48,250 bases of DNA, from assembly GCF_006345805.1 (NCBI RefSeq), contig NW_021834529.1:1-48250 (forward strand), in the 5' to 3' direction. Below, piece after piece: positions 39,260-48,250 of the stretch (position 1 is the first letter of the stretch; each line of letters opens with the position of its first letter). The DNA comes from Octopus sinensis (taxonomy: Eukaryota). The notes beneath the pieces are model-generated. The model did not search any database. It worked only from the letters and a program-made list of their open reading frames with translations, and was not told where the DNA came from. The position numbers and the translations under genes are program-made.

Positions 39260-39385
39260 TAACGAAGCAGTCCATAGCGGTGGAGTGGCTGGACTGTTCG
39301 AGGGTCGGACTTGATGAAGCCTTACTGTATCTGTACCAGCTCTACAGATTCTCAGTCCAGATCCCTTCCCATCTCCATAGAAATG
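39260..39385 (+). CDS. Candidate internal coding exon of an unidentified host gene
   Basis: Polypyrimidine tract and TAG acceptor (AG at 39258-39259), G|GTGAAG donor, 126 bp, phase 1-1, open frame TKQSIAVEWLDCSRVGLDEALLYLYQLYRFSVQIPSHLHRN. Confidence 0.55.
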
Positions 39386-39399
39386 GTGAAGAAAAAAGA

Positions 39400-39745
39400 G
39401 GAAGAAGAAGAAGAAGAGAAGAAGAAGAAGAAGAAGAAGAAGAAGAAGAAGAAGAAGAAGAAGAAGACGAAGAAGAAGAAGACGAAGAAGAAGAAGACGA
39501 AGAAGAAGAGAAGAAGAAGACGAAGAAGAAAGAAGAAGAAGAAGAAGACGAAGAAGAAGAAGAAGAAGAAGAAGAAGAAGAAGAAGAAGAAACGAAGAAG
39601 AAGAAGAAGAAGAAGAAGAAGAAGAAGAAGAAGAAGAAGAAGAAGAAGAAGAAGAAGAAGAAGAAGAAGAAGAAGAAGGAAGAAGAAGAAGAAGAAGAAG
39701 AAGAAGAAGAAGAAGAAGAAGAAGAAGAAGAAGAAGAAGAAGAAA
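39400..39745. repeat. (GAA)n array, ~340 bp
   Basis: Directly visible, with GAC interruptions. Confidence 0.97.
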
Positions 39746-40973
39746 GAGGAGCAGGAGGAGCAGGGATAAGAACCACAAGGGTGGATGAATTCAGTACCGT
39801 AGTATTGCTTTAGTGATCGTGCGATATTTCTTAATATTCAAAACGGTGAGCTATTACACCCCACGGCGGTAACGCTTGTTTATTTATTTAGTTATTTATT
39901 TATGTTTCTTATACGGTCACGTAGACTGAGCCTTTCAAATGTGTCAGAGTACGGTTGCCATAAAACCTTTCATTCATTCTTTTGTCGCTGATCATAATTC
40001 TCACATAATTCCCAAAACGATTTTTTTTCGGCTCCGAATGAACCTTACTCGCTCAAACAGCGATGACGACGATGACGAATACGACGACGACGACGATGAT
40101 TGTAATGATTGCGTTTGTAATCTTCCTTACGAAGGTGTCAAGATGATGATGATGAGGATGATGATGATGAAGCGACGATAACGTTGATGACGTTAATGAT
40201 GATGATAATGATGATGATGACGATGACTCTGATGACGATGACGATGACGACGACGAAGAATAATCTGATGACGATAACAACGATGATGACTATGATGATG
40301 GTGATGGCGATGATGATGGCATGATGTCGGTGATTATAAATGACGCAGCGACAATGAAGACGGCGTCAACAGTAATGACAATAATCTGTCGAAGGCGAGG
40401 ACGATACGAAAATATTGAACTCAATCACGCCATCTTGATTTTGGCCAATCACGATTTTTTGTGGGGGGCAAACTGTGTCCAATGCAATTGTTTTTTAAAG
40501 GCACAAAAAAAAAACGCAAAAAAAAGCAGAAAATAAGAAAATAAATGTATATATAAAAAACAAAACGTATTCAGTTCATGCAATGACCTCTGTGTAAATC
40601 GGTGCAAACTGATTGTCGTTCCTTTAAAGGGAATCGCCCGGTTTTATGAGCTTCAAACTTAACATGCTTGAGAAAGCAAAAACAAAAACAAATTAACGTG
40701 ATTTTATGACGTTTATGTTTTCATCACATGGTTTCGGGCTCGATCCGAGAGCACGGCAGTTCAATTTGAGAGTAAGATGGTAGGCGAAAATACTGATGAA
40801 ACCTGTCATCTATGTACACTTAATCATTGATGGTGGGTTAGGTACGGTAGTGATAACCTTCCCCTGCAAAAATGTGATTCGTGCGTATTTCTCTTTCTTT
40901 GCGTGCATATATGAACTGGTGTGTGAATGCATGTGAACAGTGACAAGTGTGTTAATTTGATTTACCATCCATA

Positions 40974-41248
40974 TCTTTATATATAAAACTGAAGTTGTGT
41001 GAGAGTCTGTCTCCTCCGATTTAGATTCCTAACTACTCCCACATTTTGCGGTGCAGTTTAACCAAAAGCGGGTATCTTATAGTCGTGATTCATATCGAGC
41101 CCTTCTGGGTATTAGCGCGCGTCTACCATCATTTTTTCGGATTTTTAATGTATTTTTTGCTCGGTTTATATAAAGGAAGTAACTCTCTAAAAATGCTTAT
41201 ATAGTTATTTCCCTTACAAACCCGAGCAACGCCGGGCTATACTGCTAG
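40974..41248 (+). mobile_element. Non-autonomous Helitron
   Basis: A|TCTTTATATATAAAA 5' end; subterminal hairpin CCCG(A)GC-AAC-GCCGGG; CTAG|T 3' end. Confidence 0.8.
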
Positions 41249-41794
41249 TTTATATATAAAATACTACAATTAGCCGTCATTTTTGACGGCATGGGGCCAA
41301 CTAGTTTATTTTATAAAATCCTAGAGTGTATTGCAAACTTTCGTTCTTGAATTTTTTAAACTAATAAATGTATGTTTTAAACAATGCTTTACCTGTTATT
41401 TCTAGCAACTCCTATTGATTTGTTTGTTCTTAGCTTTTAAATATTTAATTTGCTAGCGAACGCTTTAATGTTAACCTCATTCGTGTATATTTTAATGTTT
41501 TGACTGTTATTTCTAGCAACGTTTTGACATACCGATGCACCCACGCCTCGTCTCCGTGAATGAAAGAAGCAGCGAACGCGCTGTTTTTTTCTGATTGGTT
41601 AAACATTCTGAAAATTATCAAAATTTGAACACCTGTAAAATTTTTGCAAAAGTTTTCTGAAGTAAATGAATAAACAAATTCGGATTCAGCATCAAAAATT
41701 ACATCTATTTCATACATTAAAATTTTTCTACAGAAAATTGTAAACAATGATGAAAACTACAAAGATCCGGCAACAATTTAAGATTAGACGAAGA

Positions 41795-41963
41795 ATAATT
41801 GTTTCATTATTTACATTATTTACATTCGACGGATATTTGTCCTCATCTTCTTTGTTGTTAACACAACTTTTCGGCTGATATACCCTCCAGCCTTCTTCAG
41901 GTGTCTTGGGGAAATTTAGGTTCTCATTCCTAAGGTATTTTTCGATGGTATTATTATTATTAC

Positions 41964-42000
<37 letters not shown>

Positions 42001-42190
42001 GTTGTTGTTGTTGTTGTTGTTGTGGTGGTGGTGGTGGTGGTGGTTGGGGTGAGAGTGGTGCTCTCTGTCTATTATTTTAACTTCATCCCACAGTGGGAGG
42101 TGGGCTCTATTTTCCCATACACGATCAGCTATACCTGATTTATCAATATCTCCTCGTGTCACAACTTTGCGATGTTCGTCTACCCTTATA
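41795..42190 (-). mobile_element. Penelope-like fragments: endonuclease piece and pLTR
   Basis: VTRGDIDKSGIADRVWENRAHLPLWDEVKIIDREHH (S.IA.H..W...KI...E pattern), then a hammerhead-bearing pLTR on the same strand. Confidence 0.75.
41861..41904 (-). ncRNA. Minimal hammerhead motif with intact CUGAAGA/GAAA core
   Basis: ACAC-CUGAAGA-A-GGCUG...CAGCC-GAAA-AG-UU-GUGU. Confidence 0.7.
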
Positions 42191-44189
42191 AATAAATATA
42201 GAACTGAATAATTGTTTCTATTTCAAAAAGTAAGTCGATGTCAATCCAGAGAATCCAAACGATACAGAAACCTTATCGTGAATAACAGATAGGATTCGAA
42301 CACACTTCATCTCAGTTGGCGCTTTAACTACTATGTGTCAGACACTCATACGTTTGTACTTCAGGAGAAACCTGCTACTCTTTCTAATGCTTTCTTTGTA
42401 GCATTGATCTTATCAATGTTGTTGGCAGTGGTCTTGTTGGTGTTTGACTTATACGTCAGATATGCTTCAACAGGTCTATGTTAATGAAAGACATACCAAC
42501 CATGACGATCCGGGTTTCTTTTCTATTCACAATGCCTCCATGACTAACAACATCTTAGGTGTTATTCTTTAAAACGATAAGGTGTGGTTTGAATGTGATT
42601 TGGTTGCTATTTATAGCAGACACAATAGCGTTGCTAGGGATGGGAGTGACAAGAAGCACTCTTCCCCGAGTGATTCATTTTGATGGGGGCGGCACTTTGG
42701 AAACTCACATAAGCTCGGAACCCGAGAGAAGGAAACCGCAAAGACAAGGGCTGCATCTAGCCGATGTAAGCCACTGAGCAGGTCTTCTTTTTTTTTTTTT
42801 TTTGCATTCGCCCATTATAAGGTCCTTAGACCACTGAAAACGTAAGAGCTACTAGAATAAAATGGACGCTAGACAAAAGTCAATAGGTGACGATGTACAT
42901 TGGACTTAAAACCACGTCGTACCCCCCCCCCCCACACACTTGTAACATTAGTTTAAAGTTTTGGCACAAGGTCAGCTATTTCGAGGTGGGGCAGTATATA
43001 CCAATTTCATCGGTCACAGTGTACTTGTATCAGTACCACTAGAAATATTGGTGGGTGTAGCATTCCTCGTATTAAGTTTTATTCTACATTTTATGAGATG
43101 GAAATTTTATCCTTTTCGATATTTGTATTGGAGCAGAAAAATTATCATTTATCGTTTCATTGTAATTCGGGATTTCCAAGTAATTCAACAATAGTCAGCT
43201 ATTTAGGCAGTGAAGTCCGGATGAAAACATTTCCGTTGTATTATGTTTCTAAACCTCTCCCCGCGCACCAAATGCGACCTCCTCTTTTAACTAATGCAAC
43301 TCTATACTCCATTATGAAATAAACACAAACATTTGTTAACACGATAAAACGCTGTACTAACTTATCAGTATTATCGCGTCTCCCACAGTAAAGAAGGATA
43401 TCGGGCTACATTCTCGTTAAGACGTCTTCAAAAAGAAAAAACAGCTCAGCCCAGAGCTTCTTTTGGTATTTATTCAAGTTAAGTGTAAGGCACATGACTT
43501 ACTTAGCTGGCGCATACGATAGGTGGTGGGGGTGGGTCGGGTTTGGAAATAAAAGTTTCTAAAACGACATGTCTTGCTTGTTTTGACTGTTGAAACCACC
43601 GTTATCTATGGAAAATAAATAAATAAATTCCTGATATCAATCTCAAAGCCTGTTAATTTTTTACAGCTTTTGGTAGGAAAGAAGATTATTACTCTTTTAA
43701 GGGACTCTAAGGGAGAAGACTAGTAGAGGGAAATTTTCTCAAGTTATCTGCAGATGTTCCCCGAATGGCTACGACAGTGAGTTCTCCTTTAAAGCATCCA
43801 AAGGCCAAGTGATTATATTAAACCGGATGATAGAATGATTCTACCAATGAAACAACGAGCTTTCCACTTCAAATGGTACTATGTAATGTAAAGCAGACTT
43901 TCACTTCGCTTTGTAATCACAAGGTCCCTTGTCTGATCTCATTGTACAGCACTTTGAGAAGGTTGTCTACCACCATAGTTTCGCACTGACCAAATCTTCG
44001 TGGACGAAAGCCTTTCAAAAGGTGTCTTTACTAGAACTTTTATTTCCAATCATTCATTCATATATTCTGTTCCTGAACCTACCGTTCAAGAATTTAAACC
44101 TATATTAAAGTGAAGTCTTGTTTTTATTTACATACCTGTAGAAAGGGAACTGGTTAAGAATAATTGAATATATTTAATTACCATTTGCG

Positions 44190-44510
44190 ATTTGATTGTT
44201 GGATTTTTTATAATCAAAATGTCTAGAAATGGGAACTGTTCCTTGCTATATTCCATTGTGAATTGAATATTGGAGTTTATATTGTTCAGTGTGGTTTTGA
44301 AATCCAGGAGTTTATCATAGGTTTCATTCCACATAATAAAGCAATCATCTAGGTACCTTTTCCAGTTTTCTCTTATATACTGGTGAAATGGGGGTCCAAA
44401 TTTTTGGAGCGAAAGATCATATAGTGTAGATTCAAAGAAACTCATTATTAGGTTCGCAAGGACGGGCGCTGCTTTCGTTCCCATCGCAATACACTCATTG
44501 AACGTCAATA
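44190..44510 (-). pseudogene. Penelope-like reverse transcriptase core fragment (inverted)
   Basis: IAMGTKAAPVLANLIM..WKRYLDDCFIMW..IQFTMEYSKEQFPFLDILI. Confidence 0.9.
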
Positions 44511-44519
44511 CCCATCCGC

Positions 44520-45590
44520 ACTTATAGACCATGGAATTGAACGTGCCAAGAAATTGGACACAAACACACTAAGGACATAAGTACAAAACACCACACCTCA
44601 CCTTAAATCACTTCCATACATATCAACCCAGAACCCCAGAAACAATGAAGCATACAACACAATTATACAAAATCTCCCTCTGCTCACCCTAGACCCGAAA
44701 ATGAACAACATCCTAAATACACATAAACTCCTCAAATGCAAATGACAACACAAATCACTCAAGAGACTCCTAACAAATGCAAAACTATACTCAATGCATA
44801 CGATACCAGCAGTTAAAAAATGCAGACGACCTTATTGTGGTACATGCCTATACCTAACTGAAAGCTCAGAATTCACATTCCAGCAAGGAGAAACATTCTC
44901 AATTATGACCAACTTCACATGTGCTTCCCAGAACCTTATCTATGTCCTAACCTGCTCAGGTTGTGGCCACAATTATGTCGGCCAAACGAGCCTTACTTTG
45001 AGACGCAGAGTCACGTTGCATAAAGAACAGATTCGTTTCCTCAATACAGGCAGATAGCCTTGAGTGAACATATCGACAGATGCGCAAGAAATAAAACGCC
45101 GAATTTCCATATCTTTCCATTATACCAATGCAAAGATTGATTCTCATTACAAGAACGCCTAAACAAGGAATATCTGTTCATAGAAAAGTACAGACCACAC
45201 CTTAATATACAAACTACACCACTTTAAAATTCATGCTGATGAGTTAGTTGTCCCCTTTGCCACCTTTTACCTCCATTGGCCCACTCTCTAGACTCATTCT
45301 TATATTTCAAGCATTCAAAAATGGCAAGACCTCTTTGTCACAAGAATTGATTACTTCACAATGCCCCTTGAAAAGCTAATTTAAATAGCGAAAACTGGTT
45401 GGGTATCGCTACATCCATAAAATATGTATATATTTGAAAAGAAATTCCTTATAAAAAGATATTAAATTATGTGAAACGAGGGCATTTCTCTTCCACTTTT
45501 TATGTTTTCCACATATTTTCAACTCATAATTTTGCCACGTGTGTATACTGAATCTCCAGTATTTTTACTCCTTTTATATATTTTTATATT
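44520..45590 (+). mobile_element. Penelope-like (Neptune-type) 3' part: Cys motif, GIY-YIG endonuclease, pLTR
   Basis: CRRPYCGTC..NFTCASQNLIYVLTCSGCGHNYVGQT..LRRRVTLH..LSEHID..ERLNKEYLFIEKYRPHLN; degenerate hammerhead-like motif at 45361-45406. Confidence 0.88.
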
Positions 45591-45594
45591 TCTC

Positions 45595-45637
<43 letters not shown>

Positions 45638-45642
<5 letters not shown>

Positions 45643-45995
45643 CTGTGTGATAAGTAGCTTGCTTATCAACCACATGGTTCCGAGTTCAGTCTCACTGCGT
45701 GGCACCTTGGGCAAGTGTCTTCTACTAAAGCTTCGGGCCGACCAAAGCCTTGTGAGTGGATTTGGTAGACGGAAACTGAAAGAAGCCTGTCATATATATA
45801 TATATATATGTGTTTTCCCGCCATCGTCACTTGACAACCGATGTTGGTGTGCTTACGTCCCCGTAACTTAGAGGTCTGGTGAAAGGGTCCGATAGAGTTC
45901 GTACTAGGCTTACGAAGAATAAGTCTTGGGGTTGATTTGTTCGTCTAAATGTGCTCCAGCATGACCGCAGTCAAAAGACTGAAACGAATAAAAGA

Positions 45996-45996
<1 letters not shown>
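45638..45996 (+). mobile_element. SINE family A
   Basis: Matches the family A consensus. Confidence 0.88.
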
Positions 45997-46065
<69 letters not shown>

Positions 46066-46763
46066 TTATCTATCTGTATATATATGCATACACTCATATA
46101 TGAATAAATACATAAGCAGACATTCAAATTTAGATGTATGCACACATTTACGTAGGCATATATATATGCTGGTGTACTCACATGCATTCATATTCATTCA
46201 TATACACGTACATAAATGCATATATGCATACATACTTATACATACATGCATATCATATGCCTACATGGCAGTGGTTTCGGTGTTTGTAGTGTTGGTGGTG
46301 GTGGTGGTGGTGGAGCTGATGTTGCAGTCGATATTGAACATAGAGATGGTGACGATTAAAGAAAAAGTAGAAAAGGTAACAACGTTCACAGCATCAAAAA
46401 TCAGTGAAAAAAAAAACAAAAAAAAACAAAACAAAAAAAGCAAAAACAAAACAAAATCATGCACCAACGAAGAACTTACAGATAAAACAGCAACAACAAC
46501 AGAAAATTACAAGAGCAACAACAACAACAGAATAGCACCACCATCACCACCATTACCACTACCATCAGTGACGGTGGTAGCAACAGAAAAAAACTTTTTT
46601 TTAACAAACATACAACAAAAAGCCAGCAAAAGACAATGGCGAGAAACTACTGTGAAGTTATGGCGACGACGAAATACCTACAGCATGCACAAACGACTGG
46701 CGATATTGTACAACAGCGAACAAGGAAAAAAAAGAAACAATACTACCACCGTTACCACCCACG

Positions 46764-46797
<34 letters not shown>

Positions 46798-47295
46798 ACT
46801 ACTACTACTACTACTACTACTACTGCTACTACTATCGACACCACCATCACCGCCGCTGATACTACACAATTGCTGTATGGAATAACAAAAAGAAAGCAAA
46901 AAGAATGGAGGAAAAAGAGACGATGTCATGGACAACAAAGATTTCGATAAAGATGGAGTCACATCACTTTGTTGTTTGCCATTTACAAGTCATCAGACAT
47001 TTTTTTTTTTTTTTTTTTTACTTTCTTTTCTTTTCTTTTGATATAAAACTGACCACTATCTTTCAAGAAACGTGATTTCTGTTTTTGTCCTTTTTCTTAT
47101 TCATTCTTCCTTCCCCACCCCACCACCACCACCACCGTCACCACACCACACCACACCGTCACCACCACCACCACCACCGCCGCCACCACCACACGTTCTG
47201 TGTGTTTATTCGTGTACACATGTATTTGTGTGTCTGAGTGAGTGTGAGTGTTTGTGTGTGTATGTGAGAGAGACCATGTGCACATGTATCCGGAT

Positions 47296-47329
<34 letters not shown>

Positions 47330-47795
47330 ATATATCTATATATATATATATATATATATACATATATATCTATGCATATATGAATGTATCTATGTATGCA
47401 TGTATGCATATATGTATGTATATATATATATGTATATATATATATATTATATGTAGGATATATATAGATATATGTATGTATATATGTATATATATATTAT
47501 ATATGATGTATATATATATCTATGTATATTACATGTATGTATGTATATTTATATATATCTTGAATGTTTGTGTATGTATATTTATTTACATATATTGGAA
47601 TGTTTGTGCATTTATTTGTACGTGCAAACTCTTAAGAGTATGTCGTTGTGTGTCTCTGTGTGTATATGATTGTGTGTATGTGTGTGTGTGTGTGTGTGTG
47701 TATGTGCGTATATTTGTGTGTGTGTATGTATACGTGCAACTCCTGCACAATTCTTTGACATTATCTCTCTGTCTCTTTTCCTCTCTGTGTCTTTG

Positions 47796-47828
<33 letters not shown>

Positions 47829-48092
47829 ACTTCCTCTCTCTATCTCTCTGTTTCAACTTCTCTTTCTATCAAAAACCAATCTTTTCTGGATTTTATGGTC
47901 AAAGTTGTGTTGTCCGTCTTTTATTTATCATTCGACGTCGCCTATCTTGATTGGTTACGAAAGAATAGGTTTTCGCTTCCGGTTTAACGTCTCTTTCTCT
48001 TTTTGTTCTTTTTCTTTACAAGCCTCATGTCATCTTCACAACTTTCTGCCATCTTGGAGCTCTAGAAGTCAGTATGTGTGTTGTGTGGTGTG

Positions 48093-48123
<31 letters not shown>

Positions 48124-48250
48124 ATGTTATTTGATATGTGAATGTTTGTATGTGTGTGTGTTTGAAGAAGAGTGTCTTTGTTTTTTTTTTATATTTCTTT
48201 GCTGTTTTACTTTCATATTTGTTATTTTTTTTTTGGCTCTGTATTTCAAT

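Noticed and set aside
38573-39813. 390-aa and overlapping ORFs with poly-E/K tracts
   Set aside because: Composed of (TATG)n, (TCTA)n and (GAA)n; only 39260-39385 is retained as a candidate exon.
46100-46950. 261-aa ORF
   Set aside because: Mosaic of (GGT)n, poly-A, (CAA)n and (CTA)n low-complexity tracts with no recognisable domain.

Overview
Eukaryotic, AT-rich and almost entirely repeat-derived DNA. The tRNA-derived SINE families and dense (TA)n/(CATA)n/(TCTA)n/(AAT)n tracts are most consistent with an octopus genome; this is inferred from repeat recognition, not a database hit. Nearly all ORFs in the track are translations of simple repeats. The real content is: (1) a near full-length, frameshifted Tx1/L1-group LINE (~24.1-30.2 kb) inside a (TCTA)n array, plus the 3' end of a related copy at 1-213 that also runs into (TCTA)n; (2) 3' fragments of R4/Dong-type restriction-like-endonuclease (RLE) LINEs in (CATA)n and (AAT)n arrays; (3) an RTE-like fragment with up to three C2H2 fingers inside (CATA)n; (4) a decayed piggyBac with TTAG flanks; (5) several Penelope-like remnants with minimal hammerhead-ribozyme motifs; (6) a small Helitron and mariner remnants; (7) many SINEs; (8) one plausible 126-bp host exon at 39260-39385. 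The strongest pattern is a set of unrelated retroelements that each sit in a particular microsatellite type.
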